Shown piece by piece: positions 52,752 through 64,000 of a DNA stretch of 64,000 nucleotides. Within the stretch, counting starts at the first letter, position 1. Every line of letters begins with the position of its first letter. The notes below the pieces were generated by a model. The model had not been told where the DNA came from. It searched no databases and saw only the letters and a list, made by a program, of their open reading frames with translations. The stretch covers positions 263,934,001 to 263,998,000 of the forward strand of contig OZ024743.1 of assembly GCA_964016885.1 (NCBI GenBank), read 5' to 3'. Source of the stretch: Eledone cirrhosa (lineage: Eukaryota). The position numbers and the translations under genes were made by a program.

Positions 52752-55304
52752 TGTGTGTGTGTGTGTGTGTGTGAGGGAGAGTGTGTGCGCGTGTGTTGTA
52801 TAGAATATCCATCAAAATATGATATTAAATGTTATTAATGCTTCACATTTTACAACATATAGCCTTCAGGTCCAATGTATTTGTCATTCCTTCTCACCAT
52901 TTGTTTACCTTGTTTTAGAAATTAAATCTTTCAACCATATGAACTCTTTATGACACCTGCGAATTCGTAAAGTTACTTATATTCTAGACAGTAAAACAAG
53001 GCACCATATATTGTTTTATTTGCAGTAAGCACTGAAACAGCTTCCTCTTCGACAACTGAAACTGGATTTGAAAAGAAAACAAATGTCGAGTAAGATAAGA
53101 TTAGTTAAAATAAGTACGATTAGAAGCCTCTTGTTTCTTGTAGATCTGAATATAAAGACTATATGAATACAAGTAGATAGAATCAACTTGATCTACACAG
53201 TATTCAGAATGAAATTCATATTTATGCCTTGGGCTGAGATTAGCGAGATGAATTTCGCGGAAACAATATTTGTAATTTACAAATCCTACATCCAATGACA
53301 CGCGTGAACAGGAAGCCATTATAATCTGAAATAGGATATTTTGGGATATATTCGGAAATATTAATTCGCAAGAAATTTCCGATACAAAATTAATAGACAT
53401 TTTTGGGAAGCGTTTAAGATATATATTTGGGCAATATTTCATAAGCTATATTTGTATATACATAAAATATATATGTTTGAAATTTGTTCGCATTTTAAAT
53501 GGCAAAAGGACAAAATATTTTCATTGAAAATTGTTTATTCGTTTTATGTATTTATTTGATCTTCTTTTCTCATTTGACATGATATTTACCGTGCATTCCT
53601 CATCTTTACCATATATGTATGTAGCCATCTATGTTATATTATTGATCTTTATTTGCTAATATTTAATCAAATCAGTGTTGCCATACTCTTTCATGAGTAA
53701 GGCAGCAAGATGTTTTAGGAAATACCCACCTCTCTCGATAGAAGAAACAGCATAATCTTCTCGTAGCAAACCTGATTTTAATCTACGAGTTAATATTAAA
53801 TCCTTTTGCTAATACGCATAACATTAAATGCGAGGTAAATGTAATTAGCCTTATCTATAAGTCTATAGTGTTTTGTATAATTGAGAAGTGTTGCACAATC
53901 ATTTAATGCATCAGGAATCTCAGCTATTTGGAGCTTAGTGCATGCCAACCAGAAACCTCGGTCAAAATCCGTATTTGAATACTTTGTCGACATTGCCTAC
54001 GATTAGACGACGATGCCTTGTGAATCAGAAATAAAATATGCATAATATTTGAAATGTTATTTACCCCAACTCCGGGGTCAATATAGTGTGTTAAATGCAA
54101 GTCAACTAGACACACTGGCATATTGACGACTACCTTCGGAATCGCAGGACAGGCGAAAGTTTGAGGAGAAATGGCATCACTATACAGGGAATTAAGAAAG
54201 CAAGGAAACTACCATTAAATTTCGACGTTGACATTTAGATATTTTATTAATATAACTCAATAAATTTTCAGTTTTAGTTAAGGAGTCTCAAAAGATTGGG
54301 ATTGATAAAGAATACTCTTATCCTTAGTTAATGAAGAACATTTCTATTAAACCTCTTTCGGTATAGCAGGAAACTATGTGGTCAATGTGTCAATAAGAAA
54401 ACCTCTGTGTGCACCATCGAGTAACTAAACTAGCAGCAGAATCTACACCACTTTACACCTAACTCTCTTAAAAATAAAACATAATGTTAACGATTATAAT
54501 GTTTTTTTACTCTACGTCTGCTCTAGCAGGGCGGAGCTGGAGATGAACAAGAAAAACAATAGAAATCATGTGATATAGGAATATAACCGGCTACCAGGGC
54601 GTATTTGCCTTCTATGAGTTGTAATCTGAAACATGCTTTTAAACACAGCAAAGCTTCCTCTCACACAAAATAAGAAACAATTTCTCTTGGATCTAAATTT
54701 CAAATCAGGCTTGGACTATTCTAATAGGCAGTGTTATGGGGGTTCTATACAAAAATTACATCTACAGTTGGAATTGATTCCTTTCGGTGCCTATTTATCC
54801 ACTGAGACTAATATGAGAAGGAACATAGATAGATGTAAGTACTTTTGCAACTTATACATCACACAAAAGAATGGTGTGCCTTATATAAAATCTGGAACAT
54901 TTTTAAAATGGACAATTTATTCTAATTAGTAATTCCTTAACTTTTTGTTTGTTCTGGTCTTATGGTCAAACATATGTTAGTCTTGAATATAGTATATTTT
55001 ATTTGGGTGTTTCTTATTTAAGATTAAATCAAACAATATCGTCTTCCACTCTCAAGGTGATAAATTGTAAATTAAAGAAAACTGGGTTGGTATTCCTAGA
55101 AGGAGCAAGAGCCAAAGTAGAGGCTCCCTCGTTTCGTTGTTCCACTATAATTATCGGATGAGATCTTGATTTATGTTTGAAGTAATTATGAAGCCACTAC
55201 CTTGTTAATACTTTCAGTTTAAGCAACGTTTTATTCTTAAATCTACTAATGCCTAAAGTTGAAATAATTAGTCAGTCTTTATAATACTAATACACCATAT
55301 GTGA

Positions 55305-55590
55305 AGCCCCGTAGATTAGTGAATAGAGAGTTTTCACAATCGTGAGACAGTAAGTTCGATTCTCGGCCGGGCAATGTATTGTGTCCTTGCTCCGGTTCAT
55401 TCAGCTGTAAAAATGAGTTGATGAGTTGTGTCATCTCAAGTGCAAAGATGTATCGACGTTTGCCTTTCCCTTGGACGACATGGTTGTGTGGAGTGATTGG
55501 CATGCATATGTGACTGGTTGTATTTTATAAAAGCACCTTGCCCGGTTTTGCTTCGAAGGAGAAGTTTCTAGATACAAAATCCCAGATCAT
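55305..55590 (+). mobile_element. Degraded tRNA-derived SINE (second family)
   Basis: B-box-like GTTCGATTCTC, then TTGTGTCCTTG...CATTCAGCTGTAAAAATGAGT. Confidence 0.45.
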
Positions 55591-57556
55591 ACTAAAACGT
55601 TATAGTAGCATTTAGCTTTTCGTAATGTATAACATTCTGTAATGTATTTATTTTCCCTGTTATTCTGAGTTCAAATTTCTCAAAATACGTCTTTACATTT
55701 TCTTCAACTGAATTTGGCAACATTTGTCATTAAACTCTCTAAAGCATAGAGAAAAAAATACATGTATTTTGCGATCAATTCCATCGACTATATTAATTCT
55801 CCAAAATGTTGTAATATTTGGCCAATATAAACAATATTAAGATACAAATAAAATATTGTAGAGTAACTGTATTGCATTTATTAATGTAGTTGAGATATTT
55901 GAACTTCATTTTTTCCTATAATTCTTACAAAAAATGTTATTTTTCTTTCAGTCAAAAAGAATTTGTATTCATTGTGATTCCGTTATTTGAACCTTGGATA
56001 AAATATTTATTTCTATCAGCTCCCTAAGTGCTGAGTTCAAATTTTCCCAAGGTCAACTTTACTTTCAATTCTTTCCAGGATGATAAATAAAGTTCCAGTT
56101 CAGAGCAGTGAATTGGTAGAGTTTTTATAGCATGGCCCGTGACGTCTTGCAGCATTTGTTCGTACTCTATTTCTTGCCCCTTTCGTGTCTTTATCAGAGT
56201 CCTTTCTGCTGTAATTAGTTCAGAGGTCATGAAAAAATAGACTCATGGATGCAGCCTCCTCTCCCTTGCCTTGTTAAGAGATAAAAAGCATGTCTTGCCA
56301 ATGAGTATGTGATATGTTATTCAGCTATCGATACAGCATGAAGTTTCAATTTCCACTTAAAGCCAACTCACGTTACAGAATTATCGGTATTGGGAAACAT
56401 ATCCATATAAAGTATTTCCCAGTTATTCAACTTATATACATAAGACTTTTTCTAGTTATTGGATCTAACTCAAATAAATATCGTAACATTGGATGGTGGG
56501 GCAAATTACATTATTTATGGCAAAGTCTTCAGTTTCTTTGTTTTTCAACATTTGCGAAAAAAATTCAATGACAATTATACTAATTCAATAATGCACTCTT
56601 ACATAGTATCTTTTTAGTCTGCATGAAGATGGCAAAAAATTGTTCTCCCAAATGAAAAATATTCTTTTTTTCAGATAATAAATTACAGTGATAATCAAAT
56701 ACTCCGCATATCCTAGGATATTTACTAACCCATGTAATAAAGTTAATATGTTTCCTCAGCATTAATGGTTTGAGTGACCTTCACTAGATTACCATTTGTT
56801 TCAAAATCAATTATTGAATATCTTTAATAGGAAAAAGAAATAATTAAAATAAATAAAATGAAATAAAGATTAATATAATTGTACCACGTTGGTAATTAAA
56901 AGATCGCTACAGGCGCCGAGTGTTCAATTTAGGGGAACATTGTTAGAAGAAAAAAAGCAACAAATATAATGTCAATATATAAAACCAAAATAACGACGAA
57001 ATTACTGAATAATACGACCAAAATATAAAACAGAAAAATATGTGCAATTTCCTACACATAGATTTGAAGAATGCATAATTTATTTAATTAATTTTAAATA
57101 TTATGAATTTACAATGAAGGAAATTATAAATCTAGAAAAAAAAATTAATTCCCTGTAGCATGTTGTTTAGGATAAAGTTCATTTGCAGATTTAATTAGAG
57201 GCTATCCTTAGTGAATTCCCATATCTGGGATTTTTTTATATATTTTTTTAATGTTTTAATATATAATTTTCTTAATCTGGTCGCTGTAGTTAATTAATTG
57301 AATATGAAACTGAAAATGGTACATTAGGAATGAAAAATGATTAATTGTTTTATTTTATTTTTATTTTTGCCTGCTCACAAAATCACAAATATATAATACC
57401 ATTACTATCACCATTGAGGATGTTCAAGTATACTGAAAACTAGACATTACGCAGTGAATTGGCTGAGTTATTGGAGCGTATGATAATTAGCCTTGGTGTA
57501 TTTTGTTATGGTTCAATGCACTCAAAATTCATACCCTTCTGGGATCAAATATGCTC

Positions 57557-57587
<31 letters not shown>

Positions 57588-57589
<2 letters not shown>

Positions 57590-58092
57590 GAGAAGAAAGA
57601 ATACTGCGTGGTTGCACATGGGTTACATATGATAAAAATAGTCCTTCGTCAGTGATTTTCCAACCTTCATTGGTATTTCATCGCTTTAAAAATCATATAC
57701 CTCCGGTTGATGCGAGCAATAGCTAAATAAAGCTATTGGGACAAGTAAATCGCGTCAAGCGAGCGAGACAAGTAAACAACAGGGAAGGAAAGCAACGCAA
57801 AGATAGGAAAAAACATGCAGCATGGAAATCCGGTCAGCTTAAGCTGGGTGGATTTCATGAGCAAGAGAGATATACAGACCGTCCGACGTGAGTGAGATGT
57901 GAGCAAGAAGAGAACCCACCACAGGCCAAACGGGAGGAAGTGAGATGGTGAGAAACAGAGAGTGAGTGAGTGGAAGTGCGAGGAAGAGGCCAGTCGAGAG
58001 AAAGTGTAGCTGACAGAGGGGGCGAAAGAAGGTGAGAGAAACAGAGGGAGCGGGGAAGCAGTAAGAGAGAAACAGACAAACGCAGCTGAGGC
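57588..58092 (-). repeat. Copy of the 27885/39478 TA-flanked family
   Basis: Collinear with 39490-40000. Minus-strand ATCA-CTGACGA-AGGAC. Confidence 0.82.
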
Positions 58093-58330
58093 TATATATA
58101 TATATATATATAAACATAAATATAAATTTAGTGAGAATCGCATTTCGGCGGGTAGAAATTAGCGAAACGCAACTTTCATATTGTGCAGACAAGCGCTCCA
58201 TGGATATGAAGAAGAAAATACGCGAGCTATAAACATAAGTTAAAATGGTCATACACGCTGAGACGATGGTTAAGAGGCCATTAACCATCATAGCCATAAA
58301 AGCGAACAAGCTAATATATATATATATATC

Positions 58331-59173
58331 AACGATCTTATGGAAAGAAAGAGAGATTTATTTAATTATGTCTCATATAAAATAATACAACCAACTATCC
58401 ACAAATACAGTATAGTTAGCACCCCAAACACATTATTGGGATTATACTCAGGCATATCCTAATGTTTGTTGAGTGAGATGGAGTTGGTCAGAGTATCGCT
58501 AAAAGCTTTCTCTGTTAATATATTAAATATTATACTCTTGGATGGCCAGATATGAACATTCCAGATATTTAGATATGAAAATTCCAAATATTTAGATATG
58601 ACTATCTTTATTTATTCTTTATATGAAATATTGATTGCTTCTTCCTGTATCTCATGTCTGTTATTTTGCCTGAGAAAATACTTCTATGTATATATATAAA
58701 TAATGCGTACATATATTTATTTTTTTAATATCTCTGTGTGTGTATAAATAATACGTACATATATTTATTTTTTTAATATTCAATTGAGTTCTTCACACGT
58801 GGTTAGAATTCCTAACAGGGTTCAATGACCTACTTGTATATTATTTTATATTTTACGATGACCTCCCCTTCCTATTTGGGGACAGTGTGAAATTTCTTTT
58901 TGGAGAACTACTGGGTTTTCTAACTTAGCGGTCCTTCTAGCATTGACGGAGACCATCACTGAATATTAATATCAACGTAGGGTTTTATATTGATATTGCC
59001 AGGGCATCCACTGATGAGTTATAAGGTCCCACTTCTATGGATTATATACAAGCTTCTACATAACTTGGACATTATTTTTCCCACCTTTTAACGAAACGAT
59101 CGTATGGAAAGAAAGAGAGATTTATTTAATTATATTTCGTATAAAATATTGATATTGCCAGGGCATCCACTGA
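58331..59173 (+). mobile_element. 764-bp-period HHR-delimited non-coding unit (retrozyme/pLTR-like)
   Basis: AACGATC.TATGGAAAGAAAGAGAGATTTATTTAATTAT at 58331 and 59095. The HHR 5' flank is repeated at 58987 and 59146. Confidence 0.7.
59007..59108 (+). ncRNA. Canonical type I hammerhead ribozyme
   Basis: TCCA-CTGATGA-GTTATAAGGT...ACCTTTTAAC-GAA-ACGATCGT-A-TGGA. All core residues, the G10.1-C11.1 pair and a GUA triplet are present. Confidence 0.85.
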
Positions 59174-59403
59174 GTATAGACACGATAAAAAAAAAAAAAT
59201 TAAAGCGTAAATAAATACCTCTATAACTATATAACACACTTCAGCACACTTCTCTGAGTGGTTTGCGGCTGCCCTTTCTAGCAGCTCGTCCCTCATAGGC
59301 CACTGGTTCACTGCCCTTAATAACGCTGTGACTTCCCTCTCCCACGTGTAGATGGACAGTGGCTTTAAAAATTCTCTTAGTGTTGTCTGAAATGTATGGC
59401 TTT

Positions 59404-59485
59404 ACACACGCTGATGAACCTGGGTTATTTCATTTCTGTGAACAACTTACTGGCGAAACAGATCACTTTGGATTTGTACGTGTGT
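59404..59485 (+). ncRNA. Type I hammerhead ribozyme with full-length stem III
   Basis: ACACACG-CTGATGA-ACCTGGGTT...AACTTACTGGC-GAA-ACAGATC.ACTTTG.GATTTGT-A-CGTGTGT. The 3' flank 59480-59522 is inverted at 59197-59239. Confidence 0.8.
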
Positions 59486-59877
59486 TATATAGTTATAGAG
59501 GTATTTATTTACGCTTTAATTTATATTTTTAATTATAACACAATGGTGAATGTTGACTCAAGATAACGGGATGGGAGTGTTTAAGAAAGGCGCTGTAAAA
59601 GTCCCCTTATGCTGGTTTCATTTCAATAAATGATCTTTGATGAATACAATGGCAGGATGTTTTTCAAATTCGTTTCTTATAGCTGAATCAACTCTCTTAA
59701 ATTAATAAAGAATACCTTCAACAATTTTATATATTAAAGAATAAGGATAGTTTTGGAATATTTGTCAGAAATGCATGTTGTTGATATTGGTTTGGGAGTG
59801 GAAGTCTGGAGCGGGCGGACATGCTAGCTCACATATTCACTTCCCTATATGTAAATGTATTTTCAGCCTATATATGT

Positions 59878-60200
59878 TACATACATACACACACGTACAC
59901 ACATACACACACATATAAATACACACACACATATATATATATACACACATACACACACACATATATACACATATATATATATGCACATATATACATACAT
60001 ATGCATATATATATATATATATATAAATATATATATACACACCTACATATATACACACACATACACATATATGTACATACATACATACATACACATACAT
60101 ATAAACACACACACACAAATACACACACACATATATATATATATACACACATACACACGCACATACATACACACACATATGCACACATACATATACACAT
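59878..60200. repeat. Degenerate (CA)n/(TA)n low-complexity tract
   Basis: Direct reading. Confidence 0.9.
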
Positions 60201-60424
60201 ACCTTTACAACCATACGTACAAACACATCTACTCAAGTATTTAAGTTCACATATACATTGAGGTAGGGGAAGAGGAATTAATGAAATATCAGTGTACCTC
60301 TGAGGGTTTTTCTTCTCTTCAACGATCGAATGTTTGAAAGTGCGGGTGTCATCAACTTCTATGTGGATAGTTTTCTTTTTCAATATGAGGTTTTTTTAAG
60401 AAAAGAGAGAGAGGAGAATCCCGT

Positions 60425-60989
60425 TATTTGAAGATGGAATATCATTTTTTGTGTTCAGTAGTGGTTTGTAATTTCTAATAAAATATTATTCTTAATATTT
60501 TCGGAAATATTCGTTGTCCGACCATATCTTAAAAAGGGGGAAAATTGTGAATTTTCCCTTTCTGCATGTTGCGAAGTGTTCACTGCATGTGGTGCCTCCG
60601 ATTTTGTTGTTTATGTACTCGAACTCTGTCATGTAGAACCGTTCAGGATTCCCCAATGTAGTATTCTTTGCATTGTGGGCAGGTTGCACAGTAAATCAAG
60701 GTTTTGGTTCTGCAATTCTTGTTTGTATTAACTGTGAAAAACTGGTTGTTTTTAAAGGAGATTTGCCCACCCTCTTCAATGTGTTCACAAGTTCCGCATC
60801 GAGGGTCCCCGCATTTCTTAACTTGCATTGCTTCTTTACCTTGGTTAGCAGTTTCTTTAGATTGGGTTTTTGGCGTCTACTATACATCATCTGTACGTCT
60901 TTTATGAGTGCATTCATTTTAGAGGACCGCTGGATAATCGAGAGATATTGATTACCGGCTTTCACAATGATGAAGTTCCTTGGATTGTG

Positions 60990-60990
<1 letters not shown>
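60425..60990 (-). pseudogene. Second PLE family: linker + GIY-YIG 3' fragment (Naiad/Neptune-like)
   Basis: SRRQKPNLKKLLT, CGDPRCGTC, LIYCATCPQCKEYYIGES, RVRVHKQQ, SEHFATC and FIRNYKPLLN. The 5' truncation abuts (TA)n. Confidence 0.8.
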
Positions 60991-61054
<64 letters not shown>

Positions 61055-61196
61055 ATTAGAACCCTGTAACCATTAAGCTCTAAGTATAAAGTACAAATAA
61101 ATACTGAGCCGATTAACAATATATAGTAAGAAACACAGTAAACCGTGTGTCTAAAATTACAAGGGTTGAAAAACCACATATGCTTGAAATATTTAA

Positions 61197-61246
<50 letters not shown>

Positions 61247-61639
61247 GCGCATACATGAATTTGTTCGTCCTTGATTCTTCTTAATTCGAGGCATTAAAGC
61301 AAAACCAGTAACACGCTGACTGGATTTTTTTGGTAAAAATCATTAAACCTCGTTAGTAATATCTACGTTAATATGTCAAATGTGAAATGATATAAGATTT
61401 ATTTGGGGAAATAAAATGTGCTCATGTCAAGATTACGTGAAGTTTTAACTATTTCAAATATAAGTTCGGGGGATATTATACTGTCGTTTGCACAGGAAAG
61501 CTTTTCCCAATTCAAGCAAACATTAGCTTTTGTCGAAAAATCAGATTTACAGGTGACTGCGTTTGTTGTTGGTGGTGATTTTGGACACCCTGCAGGACGA
61601 AAAACAAAACCTGACAAAGGGCAGAAGAACTCATAAGAG

Positions 61640-64000
61640 TCAACGGCCATTCAATGGTCGTGACAGCCCTCCGTACCACCGCATTCTGGTTTCTGCGGCC
61701 GAATGAGTGTAACCGTTACTGTGCATTAGTCCTCCCACTATAAACCTTTCCCGCACAGGTTTCTTCTTTAGCGTGCACTCCCAAAACCCTGCGGCGATGG
61801 GCGAGAGGCGGAGGTAACAGGTGGAGGTAACCTCTGGGAGTTGCCAGTCTCAAACCCGCAGGTGGGTGGCTTGGATGTGCAAATCGTTCTCCTCCTGACC
61901 CTGGGATGACAGAGGAGATCAGGCGTTCCACCGGGCGACTGAGCAACCCTTTTCAGGGGAGCACTGCTCACCCTCGCACGAAGGGAGGGGCGATAAAAAG
62001 AGCCCTAACCAAATGCTCGTCCCACACAAAGCCGGCCAGTCTACCACGGCTGGCGGTTTTACCCTTCCAAGCGCTCTAAACCAACATAATAGAAAGAAGA
62101 AGTTGATTCTTGGCGCATTGAATGTGCGCATCCTCATGGATAGGGAAACCTCCTTGAGGCCAGAGAGACGAACTGCCCTCATAGCGAGGGAATTAGCTCG
62201 CTACCGGATCGACAGACACGCCGAAGAAGGATCAATAGCAGAACCGAATGGAGGCTACAACTTCTTCTGGAAGTGCAATGTAAAGGACGAGGAGAGAATC
62301 CACGGGGTAGGCCTGGCTATCAGGACTTCGCTCTGCAAGCAGCTACCAGGCCTCCCAACACCTGTGAGGGAGCGGCTGATGAAGCTCCACTTCCCCCTCG
62401 GCCTATCTCGGCATGTCACAGTCATCAGCGCGTATCCCTCCACTCTCACCAACAGCGATGAAGCAAAGGACGCTTTCTACGGGGAGCTCAAGGCACTCGT
62501 GAAGGGCGTCCCCACAAGCGATAAACTCATCCTACTGGGGGACTTCAACGCAGGAGTCGGGTCTGACAGCAGCAACTGGAGAGGCGTGCTGGGACCTCAC
62601 GGCACAGGGAAGCTGAACTCTAACGGCCTTATCTGTTGAGTTTATGCACCTTCACCATCACACTGTTCCGCCAAGCAGACAAGTTCAAGACAACATGGAT
62701 GCATCCCAGATCCAAACAGTGGCCTCTGATTGACTTTGCCATATATCGCAGGAGGGACATCCGTGACGTCAGAATCACCAGGGCCATGCGTGGTGCAGAG
62801 TGTTGGACCGACCATCGCCTGGTCAGGACCATCCTGTCACTGCACATCACCCCGGCGCATCGCAAGACTCCGAAAGTCAGTAGGCCAGCTTTCGACGTCG
62901 CATGACTCACGCAGCCAGAGCATCGTGATGCGTTCGCGGAAGACCCGGACGGCCGGCTGACTGCCCATGGACCACTGACCGGACCCCCAACTCAACAGTG
63001 GGACCAGTTCAGGTCGCTGGTGACAGAGTCAGGCAAGGCAACCATCGGGGCGAGGAAGAAAGTCCACCAGGGCTGTTTTGATGAAAACAATGAGCGCATC
63101 AGACAACTGCTGGACGAAAAGAGGAGGGCTTTCATTGAGTGGCAGAATGACAGCTCCTCCACCTCGAAGCACGACCGCTTCAAACACCTCCAGAGGCAAA
63201 CCCAAGCAGTGCTACGCAGAATGCAGGACGAGTGATCGGAAAAGAAAGCCGAAGTCGAGAGATACGCTGACATAAAGAACTCCAAGATGTTCTTCAGCGC
63301 CATCGAGGACGTCTACGGAACCCCCAAGCCTGTCACCACACTGATCCTGTCTGCTGACGGCTCGACCCTGCTGAAGGAGAAGAGCAGCATCAACTCGAGG
63401 TGGAGAGAGAACTTCAGCAACCTGCTCAACAAGCCCTCCACTGTCGACCCTCCCGCCCTCAACCAGGTCCCACAGAAACCCGTAGTCAGCAGCCTCAACC
63501 TCCCTCGACGTTGGATGAAGTCACGAAGGCAATCAACCAGATCAGCTCAGGATAGTCCCCTGGGAAGGACGAGATTCCTGCCGAGATCTTCAAGTTGGCT
63601 AGTCCAGCTGCACTGGGGGCATTCCACACCCTCCCCACCAGCATATGGGAGGAGGAAGAGATGCCCAAAGACTTCAGGGATGCCACAGTTGTCTTGCTTT
63701 TTAAGAACAAAGGCAGCAAAACTGACTGAGGCAACTATCGCGGCATCTCTCTCCTGTTCATCGCTGGGAAGGTTCTTGCTCGGGTCATGCTCAACCCCCT
63801 CATCACCAACATCTCGGAGGACAACCTGCCTGAGGCTGAGCGTGGGTTCTCCCCAAACGGCAGCACGGTCGACACGATCTTCCCTGTACGCCAGGTACAA
63901 GAGAAGTGTGTCGAGCTGAACATGGACCTCTTTGCCGTCTTCATAGACTTGACGAAGGCCTTCGAGGCCCTCTGGTCGATCCTGTCGAAGTTTGGATGCC
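61640..64000 (+). mobile_element. RTE-BovB-like LINE (5' UTR, APE, start of RT), degraded, running off the window
   Basis: RPERRTALIARELARY, HGVGLAI, LLGDFNA, KTTWMHPRSKQW, MRGAECWTDHRLV, NYRGISLL and IDLTKAF. Confidence 0.88.

Noticed and set aside
53000-57500. Short ORFs in AT-rich unique DNA
   Set aside because: No recognisable domains or splice-consistent structure; their lengths are compatible with chance.
60300-60650. In-frame TGA after YIGES and a possible SECIS (Naiad-type selenoprotein)
   Set aside because: The TGA falls at a Gly-like rather than Cys position in an otherwise degraded ORF, and the ATGA...AAA...GA candidate does not pair convincingly.

Overview
AT-rich eukaryotic (animal) DNA with no host gene that I can support. 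The SINE family and the (TA)n-rich landscape suggest a cephalopod such as Octopus (inference from recalled similarity, not searched). The window is a graveyard of retroelements: several RTE-clade LINEs (one with a twin-priming inversion), a CR1-like LINE with CCCH zinc fingers upstream of its endonuclease, two Tx1/L1-like 3' fragments, two Penelope-like elements (PLEs), a mariner remnant, a Helitron carrying a CRE-like endonuclease fragment, tRNA-derived SINEs and many microsatellites. The most notable signal is not in the ORF track: about 20 type I hammerhead ribozyme (HHR) motifs, read by eye, from at least 10 distinct sequence families. They sit in short non-coding elements anchored in (TA)n tracts and arranged as tandem units or long fold-back palindromes. 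One HHR terminates a near-complete PLE. This looks like a dense, diverse system of non-autonomous, PLE-mobilised, retrozyme-like elements. Coordinates were counted by hand and may be off by a few bases. No folding or database search was run.
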